The translations under genes were made by a program, and so were the position numbers. DNA of 60,777 nt, filler included, from Sphacelaria rigidula (Eukaryota), in the NCBI GenBank assembly GCA_964200075.2. It is 4 parts of 4 records of this genome, joined end to end, with 100 filler letters (N's around TTAATTAATTAA, not from the genome) between each part and the next. Parts side by side here need not be neighbours in the genome. Positions count along the whole stretch, not along the records: positions 30,446 to 45,562 come from CAXNAA020001898.1; positions 45,663 to 60,777 come from CAXNAA020001899.1; 2 more parts are not named here. The stretch is one strand, 5' to 3'. The notes under the pieces were generated by a model. It searched no databases, was not told the DNA's origin, and worked only from the letters and a program-made list of their open reading frames with translations. Below are positions 35,966 through 49,271 of this stretch, one piece after another. The first letter of the stretch is position 1. Every line of letters starts with the position of its first letter.

Positions 35966-37595
35966 CACACCCTGGACGATACAATATGTGATATATATTG
36001 CGCGCTCAGTATGTCGACGCGTCGGGTGGTTAATATATATTGGGTAAGCGATATGATGACCCGAGAGAGGGTCAATATATATCGTGCCATCAATATGTCA
36101 AGGCTCGCGACAAGCAATATATATCGACCGCACAATGTACCACGACACGCGCCACCCCAATATATATTGGCCGAGTAATATGATGGTGCGAGAAGGCACC
36201 AATATATATCAATGAAGTAATATACTGGCTGTAACACGAGGTCTATATATACTGATGATTCAATATACTCAACACCCCAAGCGCCAATATATATATATTG
36301 CCGCCCCAATATGTCGTGCGTCAATGCGTCCAGTATATATTGGGCGGACGATACACGAGGAAACCGACGGTCACAGTACATATTGGTGTAGCAATATATT
36401 TTGATTTTCAACTTGTAGATTGGAACGTGTACTGGAATTAGTACGGTGGGCAGTTCTATGTTCGCTGGCGCCATTGAAAGATGTACCACCACATGCGGAA
36501 AACGCTCATGATATTCCTCCGCAAGCGTGTTCAATATATTTTGGCTGCACAATAGCTATGCGATGAGCGTACGCATTATGTATTGGAAAAACATTTCTTT
36601 GGCATGGTTTGCGTTCAATGTATATAATATATATATTATGGTAACAAAATGCTACGCATCGCCTCGACTCAATATTTATTGACATGTCAATACGTACACG
36701 GCCGACATGCGCAATATTTAGATTGAATGTTTTATCCCCGGAGCAAACGCATAATATATGTTGTCGTACATTACTTCATGGTCATGACACGAGCAATATA
36801 TCTTCTCGCTTCAATGTCTCCAAGGACATCTCAACACAATATATATATTGAAATGACAATTTTGAGCTGGCTCCAATACAAAGTATTGTTATCATATGAG
36901 AACATATACATTGTATTTTCCAGGGTATAAGCAACACAGCCCCGGTGACCGCAGGGGTACCAAGAGGCGCATGTCGACCCGCGTTTTCTGTCCTCATGAT
37001 GTTTAGCTAAGATATATTACTTACATGCTGGGAAGGGGATGAGAGGCCCCGCACCGGTGGCCATATAGGTATCAGGAGGCATATATACCGGGTCGCCTCT
37101 TCTTCTGTCACCATATTTTCTGACCGGTATATAATACATATATGTGTGTGTCACACGCATTCGAGATCTCTCAGTAGTAATGCAAGCGAACTTCTGCGGT
37201 TCCCTTCGAAGCTTTTCCCAATCCGCACGGGCGCCGGCATCCATCGCGTCTGGATCTTTCTTAGAGCGTAGTACACCATACCTATGATATCCAATGTATA
37301 CTGACCGACCAATACATTGGCACCCAGGCAGACCCAATATATATTGACCGGTCAATATATTCTCATCAATGCGGCCCTAATATATATTGATGGGACAACA
37401 TGTGTTCAACCCAACAGTACCAATATATATTGGATGGGATATAGATATGCAGTCCCACGGCATGAATATATATTGAGCGCGCAATACGTGTGTAGTCTAA
37501 GGGTGCCAATATATATATATATATATATCACACCAGCAATATATCGCATGATCGACTAATATATATTGGAAACACATTGTATTATCCAGGGTGTG
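35966..37595. mobile_element. Non-autonomous TIR element filled with caatatatattg motifs
   Basis: Ends cacaccctggacgatacaat and attgtattatccagggtgtg, with many palindromic AATATATATT subterminal motifs. An extra right-end-like copy lies at about 36910-36928. No clear TSD. Confidence 0.65.
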
Positions 37596-38009
37596 AAATA
37601 TTCTAAATGTATCACGAAGACGCAAAACAGGACACGGCAAAGTAAAAACGCAGCGTGTGAAGACGCAGAGCAAAATCTCCCCTGTTGCTTACTTCCTATA
37701 CTATCGCTTGAATATCATGACGCTCCCAACTGAATGTCCAACAGTCCCCCAGCCCCCCTGCAACATTATTCCCAAGTGTACAACCAAAAACCACCCCCTC
37801 CCCACGGTTCTGCACACAAGGGGGATCAACGCCAAACTCGTTCGGGTACGACATCAAAATACACCAAACTCGAACGCTGAATATACTGCGAGCAGAATCA
37901 TGCCACTCAAGCCCCCCCCCCCGTGGTTCTTCAATGCAGTATACAGCAGCACCCACAATCAATGCCAGTTCATTGAACACACAAGCATATAGGTATACAC
38001 AAACAAATT

Positions 38010-41000
38010 CAAACTGCTGTGAAGTCTCCAACAATAACTGCGTACATAGGCGCATGACGGCTGAAACGATCGGTTAAGAGTAAGATGTAGGCGTTGCCAC
38101 TTTCAGTGGTGAGTAAAGGACTGACACAGTCGAAACACATGAGGTGACCAGGAGCAGTGGGAAGTATCATTGAAATGGCTGGCCAACGTATCGTCTGCCA
38201 TGAGAATTTGCGAGCTTGACACTTGAAGCATCGCCGAATCCAGAAGGGTGGACACTTCAACATCTATCCACCAGTACAAACACAACGTTCGAGTAATGCT
38301 AATGTGCGCGTGACACCAAAGTGGTAAGCCAGGCCAGTGTGGCAGCCTTTCACTACCCACGGTCGCATCAAAAATGGGGTATTTTTCCGGGTGGGTTCAT
38401 CGTCGAGTAGGCGTGCATGACGACCAGTGATCGCGGGTGAAGTTACACCCAGCTGGGGCGTAGGGCTGCGGAAAAGCAGTTGGATACGGTTATCAGTTGT
38501 GAAGATATTACCTTTACATGCGATATCGCACACATCAGAGGCGTTTGGTGGTGGCATTGCACCAGCCGGGGCCAGAACATTGACCGGGACAAGGGCAGGG
38601 CAACCAGCATGGAGGTACCGCATGGTTGCGCGGCATAATCGTCCTGCTTGTTCGGCACGAGCCCAATCACGATGGGAGTAACTGGCGAGGAGCTCGCGCA
38701 GTTGGCCTCACACCGGAGAGCCGACCAGACATGGTGGCTCAGGGAGCGGTGGAACAGGCGACGGGGCGGAGGTGCCAACGTCGACATGTACATCGGGATC
38801 AGCAGAACGGGTGGGCACTGGCGGCGCCGCGGAGGGTGGCGTTTTCGAAGTAGTGCGCGCCGCAGAGCTTGCTCGGCGCTTGTTGTGAGAATTGCGCGTG
38901 GCAGGTGTTGTCAAGGCTCGTGGTGCTGTGTCGCGGGGAGCCAGCGCTACACTGCTCGCAGGAGCAACAGGTGTTGTCAGTGGCGGCGGGGCGCGGGGAG
39001 GGTTGGCGCGGGCGGCAGACCGAGAACGTATTGTGGGAAATGAGATGGACAACTGGAGGTGGCGAAATTGAAGTGTTTGCGCGAGGACCGATAGTACGGA
39101 AATCGGCGAAATTGGCGGCTATGGGTTTTAGCCCATCCAAGACTGCATCATACGGTAGGTGGCGAGGGCCGCCCATGTGCATACCCGTCTCTGGGCAATG
39201 AAGGTCAAGGGCCCAAATGGGCGTTGAGAAACGCCGGATAGGGTAGACGCCTGGTTCATCGGGTTGAGTTTGTCGGCAAGCTGGGCTGAAATCTACAGCC
39301 GTCGGAGGAAGGGGCGGGCAGGAGAGAAGGTTAGCATTACCATTGGTTCTGCCAGGGCGTTGTTTGACAGTATACTGATAAGCTGTCAGGAATTCCAACC
39401 AGCGTTGCACATGCGGATCATCTTCACCAACCTTGGCGAGTTGTTCAAGTGCCCCGTGATCCGTGTAGGTTTGGAAAGGCACGTAGAACAAATATTGTCG
39501 GAGGCGCTTTATGGCCCAAGTGATGACTCCGCCTGCCAACTCCTGTGGGCTTCAGACGACCTCGTTGGGCAGGGTGGCGCGACTGATATAGAGGATGGGT
39601 CGAACGGAGCCATCGAGTTGAGGCTGATTCAGGACCGCGCCGAACCCGTCCGCACTGGCATCTGTGTGTTGTTGGAAGAGGCGAGAACCGTCTTGTACTG
39701 CATCCCGATCTGGGAAACAAAGGATCGATTGTTCGGTGAGAGTTTTCAACCAATGGCGAACGATAGCTTCCGTCTCTTTGGTGAAGACAAACGCGGCGCC
39801 TTTTTCAAGCAAGTCCGTAATGGGGCGAATCCGTTTGGATAGGTTAGGCAAAAACGTTGCGATAGTAGGAAAGTCTGCCCAACAATGAGCGGAGCTGAGT
39901 GATGTTCGTGGGCATCGGCAATTCAATCATTGCTCTGACGTTTTTGGTTTCCGAGTGTAGACCCGCCGGTAAAATTTAATGTCCCAGGAAATCCAGTTCA
40001 GTCGCGCCAAGGCGAGCTTTGAATGGAGACAGTTTCCAATCGTGCGTGCGAAGCCGAGAAAAAAACTACTCTGAGGTGCGGAGAAGAGGCGAGGCATCAA
40101 AGGCGATAGCGCCGTTCAAGTACATGATGACGTGTTTGAAATCCTCTGTAACGCGCTGCATTGAGCATTGAAAAACAACCTGGTGCAGTGGCGGCGCCTT
40201 GTGGCATATAGAGTCATTCGTAGAGCCCGGAAGATGTACAGAACGCTGTCAGTGGGATTGTGTCGGGATGAATGGCATTCTGGAAAAAATCCAGGAGCGG
40301 GTTCGAAGAGACTGAATATATTTTGCCTTCGCCTAGAGAGTCGAAGACTTCATCTATGCGAGGAATTCGAAGTTCCCCACCACAGTAAAGCGGTTCAGCC
40401 CTTAATAACTCACGGTGATGCGTATGCTTCCATCCTCTTTGGGGACTACCACTAGGGGTGAGGCCCATGGAGAAAATGAGTGTTGGGTTGATCCGGCACC
40501 TAAGGACGCATCTAAAATAGCGTCAACTGTTTTGGTCAGGATGGGGTTCGTCCGATATGGTCGAGAAGAGATTGGCGAACGCCAGGTTGGAGTGAACATT
40601 TCAAAGGGCAGCGTTTCTAAGTGCCCCAGATCCGTTTCGAGTTGAGAAAACTGGTCTTGGTATTCCAATAAAACATCGCTCAATTCTTTGATTACAGTGG
40701 GTTCCCAACCGGGCCCATAAAGGTCAAAGTTGATATCACGTAAATGAGATGGAAGTTGATTCCACATGTGCAAGAGAATTCTCCGAGATTCTGGTGATTG
40801 GCGTTGGAGCTCTTCAGCAGGAGGGTCGGAAGTTGACGGTGCAGGGTCCACGGTGTGATACGTGATGGAGACGAAGAGGTTACGTCGAAGTAAGGCTCAT
40901 CGACGCAATTGACAGGACCGTCTATCGGAGGCGCCGAGTTGGGCGTCGTGGGTTCAGTCTCAATTGGAATGTGCATGAGGGGAGCAGCAGCGATACCCGA

Positions 41001-43280
41001 AAAATCACCGGGTTCCAAGTTAACATGACCCGTGAGGAGTAAACGTTGTTTTCCTGCTGAGACAAAGTGTTCTGTGCCGGCAAGCGCACCAACCCGAGGA
41101 AGCATTNNNNNNNNNNNNNNNNNNNNNNNNNNNNNNNNNNNNNNNNNNNNNNNNNNNNNNNNNNNNNNNNNNNNNNNNNNNNNNNNNNNNNNNNNNNNNN
41201 NNNNNNNNNNNNNNNNNNNNNNNNNNNNNNNNNNNNNNNNNNNNNNNNNNNNNNNNNNNNNNNNNNNNNNNNNNNNNNNNNNNNNNNNNNNNNNNNNNNN
41301 NNNNNNNNNNNNNNNNNNNNNNNNNNNNNNNNNNNNNNNNNNNNNNNNNNNNNNNNNNNNNNNNNNNNNNNNNNNNNNNNNNNNNNNNNNNNNNNNNNNN
41401 NNNNNNNNNNNNNNNNNNNNNNNNNNNNNNNNNNNNNNNNNNNNNNNNNNNNNNNNNNNNNNNNNNNNNNNNNNNNNNNNNNNNNNNNNNNNNNNNNNNN
41501 NNNNNNNNNNNNNNNNNNNNNNNNNNNNNNNNNNNNNNNNNNNNNNNNNNNNNNNNNNNNNNNNNNNNNNNNNNNNNNNNNNNNNNNNNNNNNNNNNNNN
41601 NNNNNNNNNNNNNNNNNNNNNNNNNNNNNNNNNNNNNNNNNNNNNNNNNNNNNNNNNNNNNNNNNNNNNNNNNNNNNNNNNNNNNNNNNNNNNNNNNNNN
41701 NNNNNNNNNNNNNNNNNNNNNNNNNNNNNNNNNNNNNNNNNNNNNNNNNNNNNNNNNNNNNNNNNNNNNNNNNNNNNNNNNNNNNNNNNNNNNNNAGTGG
41801 CGAGCTCAACAGACACTTTGCCTCCGACAAGATCCGGGCCATGTTCAGTCATTGTAAATTGATCGGGATCAGCAGTGCTGACGGCGAAAACCGACGGCGG
41901 GTGATCCGCCAGGAGGTCAACTTCCTCACCAGAAGGTATAGTGGATGATGGTATGTGATCCCCAGGGTGAGCAAAGCTCGGCTGGTTGTTGGCATTTCAT
42001 ACATGACCGTGTTAAGAAGACAGGGTGTTCAAGAAGCGAACAGCTTACCCATTGAACCAGTGAGCGCTCACTGGTTCAATGGGTAAGCTGTTCGCTTCCT
42101 CAACAAAAGATATGCGGTTCGAATCCTGGCATGATCGATTGTGGAAGGAATGAGTTTGACATGTGGACAGTGAGCGCTCACTGGTTCAATGGGTAAACTG
42201 TTCGCTTCTTGAACACAGGGATCAACATATAACGTGAATCCATGCTATTCAGTGTCGTCCGTAAAAGAGGCAGAAACATGCGAAATACCTGGATTGGATT
42301 CTTCTGTGATGCCTCATACATTCATCGAGCTGAAAGTGGTCGCATTTCGGAGAGAGTGAGGTCGATTTTCTCCGCTCGAGGGAGGCGTACGTGTTGATGC
42401 GCGCGCTTCAGTGGGGGCATGTTCACGGGGCTTCCCTTCTCGCCGGAACAAAGGGCGGGAAACTTCCAAAGTGTTTGGGGAAACCTCAACTGCGTCCAGT
42501 TGGGTGGATGGGGTCAGCATCGGGGCATGCTCGGGAGAAGCTTGTGGACTGCCCGCTGGCAAGCTTGGCTGAGGACTCATGACCAAATGTAAAGTAGGGT
42601 GATTTTTGTGAGAACCATTCGGGGTAAGTTCGTTTGGTACATTGAACTCGAAGAACGAACTCGTTCGGGCTGGGTGAGTGTTAACTTGGCCCGAAGTGGT
42701 CAAATTCAGACCAGCGACACTTGAACCAGTCGAGTGAAGTACACTACTGCCTGTGCGTACGGTCGATGAGGGAAGCCTTTGCCTCAAGAGACGGGCGGTT
42801 GCTATTCCCACACCTCAGAAATACGCTCACTCCTGAAGGACCAAGTCCAGAGCCGAGCGTAGAGCTAAGTTGTGAGTCAACGCAACTGTTACGCTGTGTG
42901 CGAAGAGGTGGAGACGGGGGTCGATATGAGCGGTGGTCATTAGTACTCCTGCATAGTGCCGGGGAGGCTGAGTGGCCACACCTCAACAGCCTCACGCAGC
43001 AAGCTATATTCACTTGATGCAAAAGATTCATGTTCACTCGTATTCGTAATCGCTCTGTTCACTGCTCCTTCACGTTGCTGACCAGCTGTAGTAATGTATA
43101 GCAGTTGGCTTCACTTAGCGAGTAAACGGCGGGAGGTGCTGCTAACCCTAGCCTGCTCCCTTTTATCGCATTCACATCCGACCTAGTCAAGCCTGATCAG
43201 ACCCGCAGCTATGCGGTGCCGGATTTCGTCATAAACGCTTCCTAGCCCGATGACACCTGCACATAATGACTCCAGCTACA
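38010..43280 (-). mobile_element. Degenerate Ty3/Gypsy LTR retrotransposon (RT-RNaseH-integrase), 3' truncated
   Basis: RT motifs RPYRTNP, SPWASPLVVVPK, IPRIDEVFDSL, TAFCT and MYLNG (from YLDD). RNase H motif HTDASADGFGAVL. Integrase motifs HFGVTRTL, CFKCQARK and GNAYILLLTDRFSR. The RT-RH-IN order is Gypsy-type. A candidate LTR at about 42820-43280 starts TGTAG on the - strand. Confidence 0.9.
42026..42215. mobile_element. 190-bp TGT...ACA element with 48-bp TIRs, 5-bp TSD and internal Pol III A/B boxes
   Basis: caggg on both flanks (42021-42025 and 42216-42220). TIRs at 42026-42073 and 42168-42215. Perfect 66-bp palindrome at 42033-42098. Confidence 0.85.
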
Positions 43281-44787
43281 CCGCCGCTTGTTTGTCAAGT
43301 GTACACCAGTGCCGGTCCTCGGTGTTTACCCTGCAATTGACAAAGATAACAAGGCCGTAAAAATCATCTACCCCGCCCAGTTATCGGATGTCTTCGCCGG
43401 GACAACAATGTGTCAAGAACATATCCGCATATATCGCGGTTCAGTGTTGCAGTCACCGATGTGGTCGGTACCCATTCAGCGGCAACACATAAAATCAAAG
43501 ACATGGATCGTACCGAACAGCTACTCTGCTGCATGTCCACCACCAGACGCCGCGTGTAGTCACCACTCCTGGCATGGCTACGAAAAGCATGGCAACATCA
43601 TCCGGTCGGAGCGCCAGGACAAGTCACTCGAAAGGTATGCCCTGCACCAGTCTACGAAATGTATTCAGAAATGTGCATGAGCCATCGGTGCCCATTCGTG
43701 AATATACGTATATGTGCGCCATCGACTTCGGTGCCTTCATCGGGCACGTTGTTCAGCTGTCCCGCCAACAGTTTCGCGAGCACGATACGTTTCTCCCATT
43801 CCCGACACAGCGAAACAGCTGCAGAAAATGCTAAACAGAGCGGGAAACAAGCACGATCAAGGAGGGTATTGTAGAGAGATCGAGCGATGGCGACAAGGAA
43901 AGGTCGGGTACGGAAAAAGCTTGTTATCGACGACAGCAAGAAAATCACTTTGAGCCTCGTTGGGGCTGGTTTTATGTGACAAAGGGAATTGGAACATAGG
44001 AGACACCGAATATTACAAATTTACGGCGCTTTCTTTTTCATGAACCTTGGGAATCTTCATAAGCATCGGATTTTCGAAATTGAAATTCGGTATCAAAACC
44101 GTTCGTAATTGTCAAAATCCCCTGTTTCCACCTGATTTTTAATGGAGCTCTTCATGCTTTTTGTTTTGTTTTCATGAGCAAGGAAGGCCACAAATCACGA
44201 CCGCATATTGACTGTACCCGCAATTTTTGGAAACGTCTTGTTTATAAATGTTGCGGCGCGAGGGAGTGATGCTTCAACGCAAGTATACAGTCGCTTTGAG
44301 CCCCGCCTCCGTCCCTCGTCATGCCATGTGTGGATCTTGCCGCAGAAGGGCGCCGCAAACTGTGTGTGCTGTTGCACGTCACCTAAGTCTTCTGAAGCAT
44401 GCGTCCATCTTGCCAACTTCCATATAAACAAGCTGCCCATGTAAACAACAGACTTCCATGGTCAAATCACTCCGGTGTCTGAAATATTCACCACTGAAAC
44501 ATCGCAGGCATCATGGGAACCGAAGCCGCTGTGAAGTTCAATCACCAAACGTTCCATCAATACACGTACAGCAGGAATGGATTTCAACATGAAGTACCAG
44601 TTGACAATTGGCTCACATCGCACCACCAGTGCTCGTGAAGATCGGGCGACCAGCAGCCTGTATTATTGAGCATATTACTATCAGCGCCCGCCGATGAGCC
44701 CAGTATCCGCATAGAAGCTTCTACAGCGAATGGCGAATTGATGGAAAGCCATTCCACTCACATTGCTTAGTACTTCTTTTTGTGCTT

Positions 44788-44872
44788 GTAGTCCTTGGAG
44801 TCACTGGAGTCCTTGTGGTAGTCCTTGGAGTCCTTGTGGTAGTCCTTGGAGTCGCTGGAACTGGAGTCCTTG
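44788..44872. repeat. Minisatellite with ~21-bp ggagtccttgtggtagtcctt units
   Basis: Direct tandem copies visible in the sequence. Confidence 0.8.
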
Positions 44873-44997
44873 TCTGGACCAGAAATCGGGCCATACAACA
44901 ACAAAAAGACATTGTCAACTATCGTGATCGCTAGACCATATATATGTGTGTGTGTGTGGGGGGGGGGGGGGGCACGAAACCCACCCGATGGTCGGCA

Positions 44998-45221
44998 GTG
45001 TAATGCGTGAGGGGACCACGTGCTCAGAGGACCGCATCAGAGTTTGAACATCCCTATCAATAGGGTTAGGGTTAGGGTTAGGGTTAGGGTTAGTGGTCGG
45101 GATAGGGTCAGGGCGTGGTTGGTGCGGGGACTGGGCCGATTGCTTTCGAAAAACATCTGTCCCGAGGTGTTTTGAACTACAATACGGTCCTGTAAGCAGG
45201 CGGTCCTCCCACGCATTACAC
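44998..45221. mobile_element. Small inverted-repeat element enclosing a (TTAGGG)n tract
   Basis: Arms gtgtaatgcgtgaggggacc... and ...ggtcctcccacgcattacac, with about five TTAGGG units at 45061-45093. Confidence 0.7.
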
Positions 45222-48200
45222 ACCAGGTCCGGCCTTGACCATAACTCTGGCCTCCATCCGACTATCCCCGCCATTGATCTAATATTTTAAAGGACAGGAA
45301 TCAGACATTGCTTAGGAATATCATCGTCAAAATACTCTTCTATCTCCTGCAAATGAAAGTCCTTACTCCACCGTAACCCGTTATGGAATGTAGCAGGTTT
45401 ACGACCAGGGCGCGACGACTGGTGCATGCTGCAAATATGTCACAAGTGCCCTACGTTGCAACGTACAAAACGTTATTCCCATCAATACCCCTTCGGTGTC
45501 AGTCCCACCCAGGGGTATGCTGTTGGAACATTGCGGGGCGAGGGTTAACGAGACCTTGTAGCNNNNNNNNNNNNNNNNNNNNNNNNNNNNNNNNNNNNNN
45601 NNNNNNTTAATTAATTAANNNNNNNNNNNNNNNNNNNNNNNNNNNNNNNNNNNNNNNNNNNNTAAATGGTAATGGGCGAATAGAAAAAAACAAATGCGTC
45701 CCACCTCCCCCCCCCCCCCCCCTCACCCTCCGTAACTCAACACTTCAACGACGGTCAAAATTCATTCAAAGGCCCACGTCGGCTGTAATGGACTGACCCA
45801 TGTAGTGCAAGAGAGAATACCTTGATCGCGCCCATGGTTTTGAAAAATATGTTTGTGACGTTTTAATGGGATTTTCGATTTTTTTTACCACGGTCGTCCA
45901 CCTTGATGCCTCCATCATCGGATAGAAATCCAAACCCTCAGTGTCTTGCGGAGTATCATGTCATAGGTGTCTAGGCGTGACTCCTCCAAAACCATGAAGC
46001 AGGGCACTCGTGGTGTGCGCTTCCATAACGCCTGTAAGCATGAGCTGTCAAAGCTTTCGACAGTTCGAATACTGAACAATCGATCGCGGAAGTTAACCCT
46101 TAAAATAGACCGCCAGGGAAGGTCGTTTGGGTCTGTCTCATATTAAAAGAAGGGCTATGCCGAATGATTAGTTTACCTACCCTGGCGACCGACGGCTCGA
46201 ACTGATCCATGGAACTCTGATTTATACAGAGTGGTCGCGAGTAGCGGAATGGAGAATTGCGAAGTCCAATCGAAATCAACGGGACTTCGCTCCAGCTTCT
46301 TCATTTTCGGTCATTTTCGACTTTCTCTGATCCCTATAAAAAAATTGCCCTTGCGGCTGCAGGCAGCCTCAGGTAGGATCCACCTCGACCACTGTACATG
46401 GAATGTCGGAATGGTTGTTGCCACAACGCCTGCTTTTAGCCGTCGGGGAAAATGAAAATTCACATGTGTATGGGACAAGGTATAGCAAAGCTCTCTATTG
46501 TTGGATGCTGTGGCCGTTTCGGTTGTGTGTTTGCTGTCACTATTACAAGGCGGAAACAACATGGCGCACGGTATGCACGTGCACTTTGAACGCTGCTACA
46601 GCCCTTTGACGGGCAACACCCTTGACTCCCAGCGTGCTGCTGACGTGCTTTCGGCACTCGGGTTATTGATCACTATGCCTTCCGCGAAAACTATGGTGTT
46701 GCGGGTGCAGCAATTGCCAGTCACGAGACAATCATCCAATTCGGGCACTACAAGATGCAAGCCAAGTTTTCGACCGCACACAGCTACTCCCGTAGTTGTG
46801 CCCTATTGCACCACCCACTAGCTCATACAATACCCCACCCACTACACTGCAAATTCTTCTGTACTATCTATCTCGGCACTTGGTCGTGCCCTTGCACGCC
46901 CGACCGCGACTGAGCAGATTTGATACTAGACGTACGTGAAAAGCTCGATGCCTGTCTCAGCGACAAGGGTTCCAAGATGGGTTGGGTAGGGTACTTCTTA
47001 GATTTGTGTATTTTGAAAAATCGTACCCTCAAGCACCCAAATTTGGCTAGAGTTACGAGATCGTACCCAGCAATGGGCAGGTATCGGGTTGAGTATTATA
47101 TATTTGGGTAGTGTTTCGAGATCGGACCATCGCAACACAAAATTCGGGAAACAAGACACGCGATTATTTACCCTACCCAGCTTTCTTGAAGGGTTTATTC
47201 AACACCCAACCGTACCCTCTCTGATCGGAAGAAAATAGCACATATGCTGTTCTAGTGATTTCAGTGCGGTTTCCGTACGGCTTAAACATCAATAAAAAAG
47301 ACATTCGGAGGGACCATCACCCGGGAAAGTTGCAACAAAAAGACACTCAGCGGAAAACGCCACGCACAAATATGATCCTAAACGACGGTCACTCGCAGCC
47401 GCATCTGTGTATTTGCCATCATCTATACTCCGTCCGGCCCCTTGCCATGATGACTGGACAGAGAACTGGCATATGAATATCACAATTAGTACATCATAGT
47501 TATACTACGGTCCATAGCAACACAGACTCTCATTCGTGGATGATGACGAACAGATCGGCACGTACCTGGGCAGGTAATCACAGCAGCAGATCATGTTTCG
47601 TAGTCATGGAACAACACTGTTTTTGAGCCCACTGTAATTTCAGGCGGTACAAGTGCCCAGAAACTGCACTGGTCTGTACTGCATGGGGCATTTCACGCAA
47701 CCATAGGCCAAAAGTCTTGCCATACGCGTGAGCATGCGCGTAGCGCATCTACAGAGAAGACTGCCAGGCCAACGACACAGAACATTGAACATTGCGGTGG
47801 CGAAACTCTACCTCGTGCAGCTGGTGCGATGCACAAGCGTTGTGCATATCAGGTATCAGGTCTTGGGCAAACGGAACTGGATTGACCGGGCCCACCTTAC
47901 CGCGAGGGTTGCAAGGAGCTCGACAACTAAGGCACAACGGTATGCGCCAAAATTGAACGAGTTTACAGATTCATGTGCACTGCGGGACACGCCCGAGGTT
48001 TGATCTCAGGGAGCTTACGCCCGTTCAGCCAGTAACACGTGAAAAACACGAAATTATTCCTCGTGGGCGGCCGAAGCTCGCAATCTCAGCACGTATCTGA
48101 AAACTGGAACGGACTCAGCGACGGGTGGAAACAATGCCAGGACTCCCCAGGAATACTGCTTGTGTGTAGGATGCGACAGCACGCACTCTGTGCATACGTA

Positions 48201-49271
48201 AGAGTACAGCTGTAAATAAAAATGAACGGCAAATAGTGCGATGGCGTAACACCGAGTTTATTGGGCTTACCCTCCCCCGCCCGGAAGCTCTCTTTTGAAA
48301 CGGAAGAAACTCAGGGGGTGGGGGGGCGGGGAGATGCGCACAATCACGGCCACACGCAGATGTCAATTTAGTCGCTTGATACTAGATGGTCACTTCATCA
48401 TGGGAGCAGCGTTCGGATACTACAGCATAGGGTGCGGCATGGGGACTGGTGTTTGCGGGGCGGTGTTGCAACAGCACCAGCCAAACAAGTGGTGCAGTAC
48501 AGTACAGAACAGCACAATGCAGCACAGTGCAGTAGTCCAACAGTACTGTACAGAACTGACGGTACAACAGCAGTAAGGTGTCGCAGAAACATGGGTTCAT
48601 CGTGAAGCCCAAAGTCCAGCCAACCTTGCCGATTCAAAAGAACGCACCCATAATAACCTCTCCGGTGACTGTGGTCATCATGATGGCGGCCGGTATCTCA
48701 GGTACGTCAGAGCGTTAGTGATGCCTGCCCACTTGTCTCCTGGCACCGTCCCGTTCAGCTCCTCTCAGCTCTTTCACCGCCGTCGTGTTGGCACCAATAT
48801 ATTGTTTTCTATATCGAGCCATGTTCTACTACGCCATTTTCGACCGCGTAGAACTGCAGCAACCTGATATCATTTTTGCGCTATTTTTCGCTGGGCGGGG
48901 CTACGATCTTGCTGAATGATATCACCACAGCAGGGAACGATCGCACTCTACACTCGGTTCACAGCTGTCATTAGACAATATACCCTCTCATCATCACACC
49001 CCTAAGGATTGAGATACTCTGCGGTATTACAGTCTGAGCGATCTCTTGCTGCTACTTCCAAACGCCGCGGTCAACGGTCGGATTGAAAAGCCAGGCTGTC
49101 TCAAAAGCCCACCACTTCCAGCTGCAGTGGTTCCTGTAACGCGGTCAGACATCGGAAATATGACACATTCTTCACATCAACTAGACCTACGTATGTTCAC
49201 AGCTGCGCTACGCTGCTGGGGCCTTCATCACCACTGAGGCCCAGAAGGCTTAAGATATATGCACAGTGAAT

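Noticed and set aside
40692-41948. Long ORFs of 276-386 aa
   Set aside because: They are mostly an N gap; only the flanks are real Gypsy pol sequence.
43652-43948. VDGAHIRI resembling the Harbinger transposase motif IDGTHI
   Set aside because: It is a single short match with no supporting flanking motifs or TIRs.
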